A DNA stretch of 61,688 nucleotides, filler included, from Choristocarpus tenellus KU-1152 (taxonomy: Eukaryota; Protista; Phaeophyceae): assembly GCA_964200185.2 (NCBI GenBank). It is 11 parts of 11 records of this genome, joined end to end, with 100 filler letters (N's around TTAATTAATTAA, not from the genome) between each part and the next. Parts side by side here need not be neighbours in the genome. Positions count along the whole stretch, not along the records: positions 1 to 4,889 come from CAXNAD020012659.1; positions 4,990 to 9,824 come from CAXNAD020012877.1; positions 9,925 to 14,569 come from CAXNAD020013649.1; 8 more parts are not named here. The stretch is one strand, 5' to 3'. The notes under the pieces are model-generated. The model did not search any database and was not told the DNA's origin. It worked only from the letters and a program-made list of their open reading frames with translations. This document shows positions 1-10,908 of this stretch, in pieces (position 1 is the first letter of the stretch; every line of letters begins with the position of its first letter). The translations under genes and the position numbers were made by a program.

Positions 1-116
1 TGGTTGAATATGCTGAAAGGGAAATGTAAATCGACTCTTCCCTGATTTTGGTTTAAAGGGCCCCCCGGTGGTGGCCCCCCCCCCCCCCTCCCCCCCCCCT
101 CCAGATACGTTTGGTC
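1..116 (+). mobile_element. MITE family A, partial (3' half), low-quality sequence
   Basis: Ends CCCCCTCCAGATACGTTTGGTC and carries TTCCCTGATTTTGG, matching the 3' half of full copies at 11130-11301 and 49777-49953. Confidence 0.75.
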
Positions 117-324
117 TAAGTCTTGATAAACCCCTGTGAGGGAAAGGGTACCTCTCCAAGCCCTACTCTCAGGCCACTATTACATGTATTAAATACAAAG
201 TTGTGTTGGACTTCAACCTATGAATATAAATTGGTCATGAGTGATAAGCACAGTTTTTCGGCACGAAACAACCTGCCTCCCATACTATCGTTTCCGCCTT
301 ACAAACACACACCCATTGTACCAG

Positions 325-1153
325 GTAATCTTCCTTGCACTCGAGGGTGACGAGATTGGCGATACAAGCAACACCGTGGCCGTCTCTGCCACAGGATACG
401 ATGCACGAACAACCAGTGGGTGTAGCGGTCCCTGCCTCCCTTCTAACACTAGGGTGAGTGGACAATTGGAATGTCGTTCTATATGCACAAAAAGGTAGCA
501 TACAGAAGAACATGGTGTCATCACCAGCGATGTGTAGCTATCAAGCAGTAACACTACCCCCATCAACAATAATTATTTTTACCTCAACCCCAAATCCTTG
601 ATCATCTCGATAATTAATCTACTATTGTAGGAGGGAGACTACGATGATGATGTCAGTCGTTGGTCATGCATCAACTCAGGAGCCACGGGTGGGCTATGCA
701 GCATCACCTACGATTTCTCAAGCTCGGTCAACCTCAACGTCATCCGCATGTGTGAGTATAGTTCGATTTTCTAAGAATCACAGTATTGAGTCCTTTGCTT
801 GGCTTTCTTGTGTAGCACATGGGTGGGTCAGCTGTGCCATGAACAGGGTAGGTTGGTTGAGCACACTGCTATTGCATGTTTATCACCTCACCTTTTTATC
901 AACCTAATGCTACGTGCTTGATAACTATCGACATTATCCTACTCCAGCTTTCTACAAGGGAGACGAGCGTCAGCGCTCTTTGGAAGTGTACATCAACGGG
1001 GCGTATGATGGCTCCTTCACAAGCGCAGGAGATACCCTGGAGTATGAGAATTACTGGGTATATGAGTCTGGTGTTACTACAGTGACACTTGTTGCCCTGA
1101 ACCTTGGGACCGATTGGCTGAGCATCAACAATGTTGACATGTACGTGAGCTGA
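325..1153 (+). CDS. 3' end of a gene for a brown-algal repeat-domain protein (Cys-containing, putative beta-sandwich/carbohydrate-binding-like; resembles domains of Ectocarpus proteins annotated as EsV-1-163-like)
   Basis: Exons 325-453, 631-751 and 948-1153, with CAG/TAG acceptors, GTGAGT donors and consistent phases (0, 1). Spliced peptide: VIFLALEGDEIGDTSNTVAVSATGYDARTTSGCSGPCLPSNTR-EGDYDDDVSRWSCINSGATGGLCSITYDFSSSVNLNVIRMS-FYKGDERQRSLEVYING...WLSINNVDMYVS*. The NTRxG..SRWSC..C.ITY.F..IRx(A/S)FYKGDER pattern is recognised from memory of brown-algal proteins. The family name is not verified by search. Confidence 0.8.
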
Positions 1154-1199
1154 GCACTTGAAGAGAGGCTCAATACTATGTGTGACGAGTGGTGTTGCG

Positions 1200-2330
1200 T
1201 CATGCTGTGACGAACCATTCTCTACACCACCTAACTCACTGCCACAATTTTGTGGCCTCTTGGGCGTGCATTGGGCACTGAACATGGTCTGCGTTGGCCT
1301 GGTCAAGGTAGCGTAATTTGCAGCTCAATATAAGGGTATTCCATTATAGGGTGGACGTGGTGTCTTTGTCGATCTTTTGTATGTTTTGTCCATCTTTGGT
1401 ACGTTTTGTTTTTCTTTTGAAATTGTTGTTACTGTGCCCAGTGGTTGGTTGTCGCTGTACGACCTCTCATCATGAGAATGCCACATTCTTTGCAGTGTAT
1501 GCACTCTCGAGTATTTTTTTTGTGCATCCTTCATCTGTCAATATATATTTTTTGTCTCAACTGGTAATTTCATTTCCTCTTCGTAACTGAAGTCGTTGAA
1601 GACTTGAACTACTGTGTATCGATGTTTAAAACAATGTTTTGATGGATTAGATTATTTTGCGAAACAGTGACCAGTCCACCTGCACCTTCTTCAAGTAGGA
1701 GCGAGGATGTGTAAGTTTGAGCAAGCAGAGTGAGGCATAGAGCATGGAGGTGCGCAAGGGAGGAAATTGATGCTCATAGTAGGACATTGAACTGTGAAGC
1801 ACGGCCAAATTTCAGATCGAAGTATGTGCTGTCTGTAGTGTTGCCCCTGAAGAGGAGGGTGGGGCGGAATTGCTGGTTTTTATCGATAAAGATGGGGTCT
1901 CAGATAGAGGGATATTCTCGAGACACTCGTACGAACACGTTGATGTTGATTAATTCGGTACTGTTCTGTGACGTGTTCGGTAACATATAGATGACACGGA
2001 TCTCCGTGAGCTTGATAAATTTGTTGCGTCGGATGTGGCTTTCCCACGGTGTCTAATTTCAGTCAATATTTTTTGGTTAGCCAGCATGGAAAGGTTGTAC
2101 CGTTTGCATTGTCCTACATCTCAAGTAATGACTGCACTGGTAGAGTATCGATTCGGAGGTTTGGTGCAGCAGTGCATGCTATGGAATCATGGTATTTTCT
2201 TCGATTTGTAGGAAGGTGTTATACAGAACCCTGTGCTGCATCAATGGGGGGCCATTAGATCGTTCACTAAGGGCACTTCAGTAGCCGTATGTGTATGTAA
2301 GAAGAATCGTCTCCAATGCTTAAAATATAG
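1200..2330 (+). pseudogene. Highly decayed Ty1/Copia pol remnant (integrase/RT fragments)
   Basis: Broken-frame motifs: TPPNSLPQFCG..W (~1225; cf. TPQxNGxxERxW), AWRCAREEIDAH (~1742; cf. WxxAMxEELxA), KMGSQIEGYSR (cf. GxIERYKAR). Many indels. Confidence 0.4.
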
Positions 2331-2732
2331 ATATACTAGGTAGTTACTTGGGACGTGTACAACACTAGTAACCCCAAACGAGGTTAATTAAGCACTAAAT
2401 TAATACATCAATACATTTTTATGGCTGTGTGTTTACGGTTGTTTCGTCTTATAATCAAGGAAATGACAAATAGAACGCAACAAAACTGTATGAATATTTC
2501 CAGTTTTATATGTAGTTGTTATTGCTGGTACGACCTATCTATGATAGTAGGAAATAAATACCGCAATGCCCCACTTGGCTTGTTATTCTACCACAATATA
2601 GGCGATCCTGCTTACACATCAGTTGAACAAATGATTCATGTGTCGAGTGCCAGATTCCTAGAGTGTCGTTTACCCCTTGTCCCAATTGACCTGTAATTTG
2701 TCCAACTGCGGAAGATCGTCAAGTTCACATCA

Positions 2733-2989
2733 GAGCCAAAGTATCTTAGAGAGTAGAGCCGCGTCCATTTCGGGGTCAAATTCCAATGTTCCGATTTGGA
2801 TGTAATTTTGACTATCATGTTTTGAGGAAGTGTCAATATCCTTGTTCCAGACACACCTTTTCATAACGAGCAAATTTTACCTACTCCGAAACATATCGGA
2901 GTAGGAAAGAGTCATAAAACACCTGTGGGAATCCAAGTCCCAAATGGACAAACAAGGCAAAACTCGTACCCTCTAAGATACTTTCACTC
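2733..2989 (+). mobile_element. MITE family B, full copy (257 bp)
   Basis: TIRs GAGCCAAAGTATCTTAGAG ... CTCTAAGATACTTTCACTC. ATCA on both flanks. Homologous to 10909-11341 and 49990-50235. Confidence 0.9.
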
Positions 2990-4242
2990 ATCAACCACCT
3001 TACACCAGCAACACACGACGGCATCATCTACAACCTCTGCAATATAACCCATGTACAAGAATACAACGGAACTTCAAGCACCTCAGTCTTGGTAACTCAA
3101 ACCTTAACCTCAAGTGATAAACCTGAGGTCCTTTCATAAACCACTTGACTGCATTTCCTGAACAAGTCCAAGCTATCTGGATTCTCCACCTTATCTCAAC
3201 TGTAATACCAGGCTTGCAACTGCTTCGAAATAATAACATCGATTCTTCACCTCTTTCCTTCAATCCCTTCACCCTACTTTCTTGCAACCCTTATGCTATC
3301 TGGATCCTTCTCCTGAGTTCAACAGCAATACCAGCCTCGCTACTGATTCAAAATCACAATATTGATTCTTTACCTGTTTCTGTCCGTTCCTTCACTCTAC
3401 CTTGTTCCATCTGTTAAAGCACAGGCTACTCATCTGTTTGTTCCTTGATACGATACAGTTCCACCAGTCAACACTTTGATTGGTCTGTTACGTTCTGGAC
3501 GCTACTTTCACTAGTTCATCATCACATCAACTACAATCAGAACACCTTTTAGTACAAAACAGTCCCTCTGCGTTCGTCACAAATAGTATAGTATAGTGTA
3601 CGTCACTTGAGTTGCATCACATATTTGTTCGATTTTGTTCTGTTGTTCTGTTGTTTGTTTTTCTTTCAATCTTTCTTCTTATCAGCAGAAGATGGCAGTT
3701 GTACATTTATGGTTAATTATTATTTTTTTGATGACTGCCAATTGATGCCTCAAATTGCACCAACGCCACTCTGCAAACTGTGTATCAAACACACACATGG
3801 ATGTAATATAATCAGAATTAAAATCATCCGAGGAAACCCTTTCCAGCCAAGGTAACAAGCCTCTCCACAGAGCATGGATTTCTTTCGTTGAGTATCACAT
3901 GAAATAATACTTAATTCACATCGCATCGTTCTTGACTGAGAGATCAATGACCTCAGTTACAACAGGATAAATACATCGGTGCTTTGCGGCATAATCACAC
4001 CTATCCATAACATAGACTATGCATACCACTCATCGGTGCTTCGCAACACCATGAGTCCTCATCGCTAGTAGTCTACGCATTTTGCTGCTTACATGTACGA
4101 TGCATTCGATTCAGGTTTCAACACCATCTCCGTGCTATCTGGATCATTCTCCTGAGTTCAACAGTAATACCAGCCTTGCTACTGATTCAAAATCATAATA
4201 TCGATCCTTCACCTCTTTCCGTCAGTCCCTTAACCCCACTTT
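2990..4242 (-). pseudogene. RTE-clade LINE reverse-transcriptase C-terminal remnant with a triplicated ~123-bp segment, interrupted by a solo LTR
   Basis: Minus-strand ISSEAGIAVELRRRIQIA / ITVEIRWRIQIAWTC and, after a frameshift, GLSLEVKV*VTKTEVLEVPLYSCTW resemble RTE EIxRRIxxAW...LKVRxxKAEVxExLLYGC. Repeat units begin GCTATCTGGAT at 3172, 3295 and 4134. Confidence 0.6.
3412..4123. mobile_element. Solo LTR, family C (712 bp), with 5-bp TSD
   Basis: Begins TGTTAAAGC and ends GTTTCAACA (TG...CA, short inverted termini). Perfect CCATC duplication at 3407-3411 and 4124-4128. Removing it restores the 123-bp repeat spacing. Confidence 0.92.
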
Positions 4243-4264
4243 ACTGACTCTTTTGTCTTGGTGT

Positions 4265-4577
4265 CATATTTTGTGACCCTCGTAAAGTGGTACCAGTAGT
4301 TTTGCCCTCTGTGGCCATCTTGGATTTTTTCACCGATGGCTACAAGAGTTACACAATAATATCAATATATTAGATCAAATGAACGCGTATGACAAGACCG
4401 TTTGAAGGTTTTTATCCAGGAATGTCTAGACTTCGTCAAACGGGAGCTATGTCCCGATGAAGTAATGACAATAACAAGGGGGGACATCTCCGGCGCAATT
4501 TTGATTGTCACGACTTCAAAAAGGTACAAAATGGAGTAGTTGGCTGAATTCCCCGCAAACCCCTGTGAGGGGGTAGG
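4265..4577 (+). repeat. Dispersed repeat family E (unclassified), copy 1
   Basis: Colinear with 10481-10781 (TAAAGTGGTACCAGTAG, CGTTTGAAGGTTT, AACGGGAGCTATGTCC, ACATCTCCGG, TCACGACTTCAAAA). Cut at 4578 by an LTR-C insertion. Confidence 0.8.
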
Positions 4578-4889
4578 AGTTGAAACATGAATCGAATTCG
4601 TCGTACATGTAAGCAAAATGTGTAGACTATGAGCGATGAGGAATCGTGGTGTTGCAAAGCATCGATGAGTGATATGCATAGTGTATATTATGGATAGGTG
4701 TGATTGTGCTGCAAAGCACCAATGTATTCTGTTTTAACTGAGGTCATTGATCTCTCAGTCAAGAATTATGCGATGTGAATTCAGTATTCTTGGTTGTGTT
4801 AAAACATAGACTACTCATTTGTTTCTTGTTGGTATGATACACATACGACCAGCTTGTACTGACTGTTGATTGGTGCACTGCACTGGTTG
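4578..4889. mobile_element. Two nested LTR-C fragments: inverted copy 4578-4796 and a second copy starting at 4797, cut by the contig end
   Basis: 4579-4790 is the reverse complement of ~3905-4122. 4797 TGTTAAAACATAGACTACTCAT matches 3412 TGTTAAAGCACAGGCTACTCAT. Confidence 0.85.
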
Positions 4890-4989
4890 NNNNNNNNNNN
4901 NNNNNNNNNNNNNNNNNNNNNNNNNNNNNNNNNTTAATTAATTAANNNNNNNNNNNNNNNNNNNNNNNNNNNNNNNNNNNNNNNNNNNN
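4890..4989. other. Artificial contig linker (44N-TTAATTAATTAA-44N). Identical linkers at 9825-9924, 14570-14669, 22482-22581, 30174-30273, 37012-37111, 40175-40274, 42937-43036, 51615-51714 and 55893-55992
   Basis: Exactly 100 nt each. The central 12-mer gives stops in all six frames, a standard contig-concatenation spacer. Confidence 0.99.
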
Positions 4990-5030
4990 AAAAACGGACG
5001 CCGACACCCCCCCCCCAGATACTTTGACCC
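4990..5030 (-). mobile_element. MITE family A terminal fragment at contig start
   Basis: CGCCGACACCCCCCCCCCAGATACTTTGACCC, the family A TIR. Confidence 0.8.
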
Positions 5031-5679
5031 AATATTTGTGTCAAGTGATATAGAGAGTGACTTCAAGAGCCCCTCAGATATGGTAGTATTCTTCCGGTAC
5101 TACTGTAGGCGTCTCTAAGCATCGTGAAAGAATTCATAGTGCTATGCAGCACCATATAGCTCTACATAGTCTTCTGCGGAAAATGATGTCGACTCCTGTA
5201 CATCAGTCATAATACCCAAGACTGGAGATGGCAGGTGGGTCTATCCAGGTTGTAAACACTTGAGGCAACTGTGGAATGGTCGCCAAGTCAAAACAACTTG
5301 GTCAATAAAGCAGGAAATGTGTAGCATATAGCCAAGGTTACTTTATTGTTGTGTACAGGGGAGTTGAAACTTACATTCACTAGAGCTAGAAATCCGGGAT
5401 GGAGAGCATGAGAAAACAAGCGCCCAGTGAGTGCTAGGGGCTGGCTACTCGCACGTGGTTGTAGAACAAGGGAGAGAGAGGCATCATTCGGCTAACCATT
5501 CAGCTAGCCAGGATTCAACCAACCAGAGGGTCTATAGAACCTACCTTGTCCTACCCTAACCTACTCAACCCAACCACTACCAAAACCCACTAACCAACAA
5601 AAACACGCAACCTGTAACTATCACCATTCACAGACATAACAAGGCAAACACACCTCTGATGAAACTCCAAGGAGTATCG

Positions 5680-6085
5680 CCAAAAAAAAACTGAGATCAA
5701 ACACTGCGCAACTTGAGCTCTAATACAATAACAATAACAGGACAAACACAGTTGCGAAGTACTTCTAAGGAGTATCATGCAACAAAAAGGCCACCTAAGA
5801 TCAAATACTGGACAATTCATACACAAATAATAAGACAAAGTCGGATGTGGTGTACCACAAAGGACGTGCTATGTAACAAAAAAGGTCAGTTAAGATCGAA
5901 CTCTGGGATATTGATACACTAGCAACACAAAATTGGACATGGTATACTACCAAGAGGAGCACTATGTAGTAACAAAAAAAGGCCACCTTAGTTTAAGTAC
6001 TGGACAATTCATACACAAATAATGACAAGGCAAAAATAGGCACAACATACGTAACATGAGAGACCACCTAAGATCAATTACAAGG
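5680..6085 (+). repeat. Degenerate ~95-bp tandem repeat, 4-5 units
   Basis: Recurring CAAAAA(A)GGCCACCTAAGATCAA-like motif at ~5680, 5783, 5877, 5973 and 6060. TACTGGACAATTCATACACAAATAAT occurs twice (~5806 and ~5998). Confidence 0.7.
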
Positions 6086-6729
6086 CAATACTTGTGGTAG
6101 TTCCGGATACCAAGGGGGCACTGAAATAGCTAAATTTACTTTCTTGGTCCAGTAACACAAAGAAAGGTATGCCACTCCTCACATCTCAGCCAGGACGAGC
6201 GACAAGCACCGGAGAAAGATGCGTCTATACTTTCATAAGGATAGCAAATCCCGTCAGTGCCCCCCCCCCCCCGGTATATCCACATACAACAATCAATACA
6301 GGTGCAGAGTTTCTTCCTTCCCACCACCTTCCCACTCGCACATATCACACAAGGTTCTTTAACGTCAGAAGCGGCTGATGTCCCTTCCAAACGCCCATGC
6401 CTTGAACCAAAGCATAGGGATAAGAGTCCGGTTGGCTATGCTGAGTGAAGGTGTTTTGCAGACACAACCAGTCCCACGGATGCGTGGGCAACACGAATTG
6501 GTAGGTGGCAAGTGATGGGGAAGGTCAGAAAGGGAGTCAGGAGCCAGCAGTCAATCATGTGCCTGTTCAGCATACAACACAAACGAGCTATAAAAAAAAA
6601 GTTTTAGTTTGTGTCACCTACAACTACCGCTTTCACTTGACAGTCTTTTTGATCGAAATCAGATGTTAGATATCATGTCGGTCACCCCAGAAACACCTTA
6701 ATTACGAGAAGTAGACAGGTCTGAAAGAT

Positions 6730-7500
6730 GCATGTGACCCATGTGATCCCCTTGCCTCTCGACCAATTTGTTGTTTGATCCATGTTTGTCACATACAGAG
6801 CACATGGGGCTTGTAAGCGGATGTGCACATGTGAGCAATGCTACAAAGCAAGAGTGACGGACACTAGTAGGGCCGCCATAAACATCCATAAAAGTCTACA
6901 TTTCAGCCAAGAAATACTTACTCTGCTTACTAACTCTCCTTCAAGAGCATGTTGCGACAGCTGGTTACGAGAAGAGCTCAAGTAACAAAATGTTGAGGAA
7001 TGCACAAGCTAATAGCTCCACAAGAAACATCACAATTGCGCAAGATACACAAGTCTCTTCCCTCCGTCCCCCAGTTCAACTCGCACAACACCCAACACCA
7101 CAAAAAACGGGTATCATTTCCTGCATCTACTCTTGACGGCAACAGTAACCCTGAAGTACAGAACACAAAAAATGCAGCATAACTTGAACCAAAATAACCT
7201 AAAAAATAGTTAAAATCATTGCTTGTGTCTTGTCACCTGACGGTCTTCGTCCAGTAGGCTGATCTCCAAGTTAGGAAGGCCAGGAATCCAGACATAGTTG
7301 CCGACTTCCTGCTGGTCTTGCCATCACTCTCCCCTACCCCTGTAAGGTCAACCAAAGCATTTGAGTCACCCACCTGGGCCATGGTCCCGAGGTGTATGTA
7401 CCGGAAGGGAGGAACAGAATCGGAGAGTATGCCACTCGTCCCGTGTTCAGAGAAGCACTTAGCGAGATACTGTCAATGCATACACACGCCAGAAAGTGGA
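6730..7500 (+). pseudogene. Possible REL-endonuclease (CRE/NeSL-like) non-LTR retrotransposon remnant
   Basis: Broken-frame CDPLAS..CC..THTEH (knuckle-like), RP-ADLQVRKARNPDIVADF (PD..D core), AFES..HGPE...VFREALSEIL. Frameshifted, with an apparent insertion at ~6870-7230. Confidence 0.35.
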
Positions 7501-9099
7501 CAAGTAAAGACAAAGGAGGAAGAGGGTTTGATAAGACCATGCTCACAGGAAGGAGAAAGGAGAAGGGAGGCAGGGGGAAAGGGGGGTCATATTGTTATTC
7601 AGATATTGCTTTGTTTGGATGCATGATGTAGAGTAGAGGACTCGAGACCATCTTGAATGCTCAGCAGGTATATTGGCAAGCTCGCTGTAACACATTTTTT
7701 GAAGAATTGTGAATCGGAGCAATTCAACCAGCTTGACTCATATTATCGAAGTCAGAAAAAAATAGTTTTGGGGGGGGATGGGTGGGTGAGTGGTATGATA
7801 CACCATGCGTTTTGAGGTGTCCTACCCCTCTCATACCCACACAGTCAACATTTCCACCGTCATGAGAGTGTGTAGGGACTCTGAGGAGGATCTTGGGGGC
7901 GATCACCTCGATCATGACTGCTATGTGCATCTATCACTGGTTGTTCCTTCCCACACGAGGGGGACTATAACAATGAGAAGGAACCAGAGCCTGAGATTCA
8001 GCTCACTGCCTAGGAGGAGATACAGAGGCATGCCTGTGGGTGGGCAAACAGGGTCACCCTTTGGGTTGAGGGCTCCGTATTGGTACATTTCCAAACTTAC
8101 ACATGGGTAGAGGCATGTGGTGAAGTGCTATTCATGCACTCCTCATGTCAAGGGGCAATGGCCTTACTCAAAGAGGAAAAAATATCTTTACTACTCCAGT
8201 ATTAATGCAACAGAGCTTCCATTCGTTCTTAATGTACGAGGGTAGTTGTTGCTGCTGATGGATGACGGATGGGGCACATGGAGCAGAGAAGGTCAAGTAG
8301 AGATAAAGGACCCCTCGACAGCAACAGGGATGATGCTCATGATGAACGGCTGATGAGAGTGGTGGTTACAATGAATCGCTCAAGTGGTGGAAGGAGAACG
8401 CTCCAAACTTTCCCTGGTCAAACTCGTTTGCTGCATTCTGGTCAGGCTTGGAGTGTGTGCTCTAAACATCTGGGAATATCACAGCACAGAGAATGTGTAG
8501 CTCTTTCGGAGCAATACTTTACTGAAGGTGGATGCATGACATCCTGCTAAGGATGGGGGAAAAAAAAGGTGCACCCACTAATAAATCAAACGACTACCTT
8601 TTAACATGAAATAGTGCCACTTTTTTTTTTTTTACTCTAAAAACCGCCCTCCTCAGTCACAGCCCTTTTTTTCTAGTATTTTGAGTGAAACATGGGTTAT
8701 AAAGCCAATCTCAGACATGACAAGGTAGTGTGCACCACAGTGGTGGGAAAAGAGCATGCACATCAGAGTGCAAAAATAAGACATCTCTAACAACTCCCTC
8801 ACCAGGCAGGATGCACTTTTCGGACTTGTTTTATAATTGGATCCTGAAGCGGGCCCTATTTTTGTGACGGTCTGATAACTGAATTGTTCCTCCCCAGTAT
8901 TTACCTCGGAGAAATAGGAAGCTTGGTGAAGCACCCTGTGGTCCAAACCTCCCAAATCGTTTTCATCTGGTCCTACCTCCATGTTGGAGAGTTTGGGGTC
9001 TTGGATGCTGAAATTTGATTGGCTAACCTTAATTACTCTAGATAAGCATGACTTGAGGAAGAATACGTACATAGATATTTTTCAGTTCACCCCAATACT

Positions 9100-9790
9100 A
9101 AGTATTGATAAAACTCATCTGTTTCTACCCACCATGATATGCGCAGTCACTGCTGATTCTATCATTATTTGGGGCAACCTTGCAAGTTGATCCCTTGACA
9201 CAGTTTTCCAAATACATCTCTTTTTAAAGATATAGCATCTTTCAATTTTAACGTGTGCATAGCTCACATTGAAACCCACATGTGCTTCAGGTTTTTGGTC
9301 CCCAGCATTTCCTTGATAGTCTGTGCATTGCCGACAATAAGAGGGTTTGTGGTACCTCCAACCCTGCCACGCCTTGGAAAACAAGGAGATCAATGCTAGT
9401 GTCAACCCCTAACTCTTGGTCGCATTCGGGTCTACAACGGATCCTATCCACTTCAACGGTAGGGACTAGTTGCTCTGTAACATCCACCATCTGGAACAAC
9501 AATGGGGGGGTCCCGTTGCTCAAATTTTATCCAATGAAGTGGCCCAATTCAGAATTGTTGTTCTTCTGCATGTTTGATCCCCCATAAAAGCAAGGATGTG
9601 AACCGCAATGTTCATGATGACACAACTTTAAAAAAAGCTTTGATCAAATTGCTCCAACAAGGGAGGGGGGGGCAATGAAGTGTTGGAACTCGGAACAAAT
9701 GTCAATTGCAGCATGGAAGTTCATACCGTCTGCACACCTGATTCATGCAAAACATCCAAAAGATCATTTATTTGCTGTGTTCCCATATTA
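9100..9790 (-). pseudogene. PIF/Harbinger DDE nuclease (DDE_Tnp_4-like) relic
   Basis: GFNVSYAHVKIERCYIFKKRCIWK matches FNxxxSxARVxIERxFGxLKxR. Upstream broken PLIVGNA (IVGDxAY) and LVGAI- (GAIDG) occur in the expected order. Confidence 0.65.
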
Positions 9791-9801
9791 ACAGTATCAT
9801 A

Positions 9802-9824
9802 GACCCAAAGTATCTGGGAGGGGG
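9802..9824 (-). mobile_element. MITE family A terminus at contig end
   Basis: GACCCAAAGTATCTGGGAGGGGG. Confidence 0.8.
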
Positions 9825-9924
9825 NNNNNNNNNNNNNNNNNNNNNNNNNNNNNNNNNNNNNNNNNNNNTTAATTAATTAANNNNNNNNNNNNNNNNNNNN
9901 NNNNNNNNNNNNNNNNNNNNNNNN

Positions 9925-10312
9925 TGCCATTGATGCCTCAAATTGCATCAACTCCACTCTGCAAACTGTGTGTATCACACACACACATGGATGTAATATA
10001 TAATCAGAGTTAAAACCATCCGCGGAAACCCTTGCCAGCCAAGGTAACAAGCCTCTCCACAGAGCATGGACTCCTTTCGTTGAGTAACACATGCAAGAAT
10101 ACTAAATTCACATCGCATAATTCTTGAATGAGAGATCAATGACCTCAGCTAAAACAGAATATATACATCGGTGCTTTGCAGCACAATCACACCTATACAT
10201 AACATAGACTACGCAAATCACTCATCGGTGCTTTGCAACACCTTGATTCCTCATCACTAGTAGTCTACGCATTTTGCCCACATGTACGATGCATTCGATT
10301 CAGGTTTCAACA
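9925..10312. mobile_element. LTR family C, partial copy
   Basis: Colinear with ~3735-4123 and ends CAGGTTTCAACA. Confidence 0.9.
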
Positions 10313-10480
10313 CTAACACACATGTTTGAAAGGGCCCCCTCCTTCCTAGGGATCTATTGGCAGTGAGTCTAAACTCTATGGGAGGGAACTGGCATGCTGG
10401 TTCCAGGGGTTGTGTTGAGAATTTGCCCCTTGTCCACACTGGCTCCAGTGCCATGCCATGGTTAACGAGAATGTAATCAT

Positions 10481-10781
10481 TATATTTTGTCTCTAAAGTG
10501 GTACCAGTAGCTTCGCCCCCTGTGATAATCTTGCTTTTTTCACCGTATCACCGCAAGAACTATATAACAATGTATATATCAAATGGACGCTTATAACATG
10601 AGCGTTTGAAGGTTTGTATGCATGCATGTCCAGACTTCGAGGAACGGGAGCTATGTCCTAAAAAAAAAAATGCAAAAACGCGGGGGAACATCTCCGGCCC
10701 AATTTTGAAGTTCACGACTTCAAAAGGGACAAAAATGAAGTGGTTGACTGAACTCCCCGCGAAACCCTCATGCGGGTTAGG
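10481..10781 (+). repeat. Dispersed repeat family E, copy 2
   Basis: Colinear with 4265-4577. Confidence 0.8.
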
Positions 10782-10908
10782 TCGCTGCCCAAGTTTGGCG
10801 AGTGTGGCGATACCGAAAAAAAAAGAAGTTACGGGAACATAATTTTAGCGCCATTTACAGACTTTCTGTGAGCACGCACACACATGACCCACACAGCAAC
10901 ATGTATCA

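Noticed and set aside
4230-4240. TTAA|CCC as a piggyBac terminus for family E
   Set aside because: These bases align with the 123-bp LINE-derived repeat unit and are not shared by the second family E copy.
4890-4989. Regularly recurring TTAATTAATTAA palindrome as a biological motif
   Set aside because: It is always centred in exactly 88 Ns, so it is an artificial six-frame-stop linker. Gene neighbourhoods across linkers are not real.
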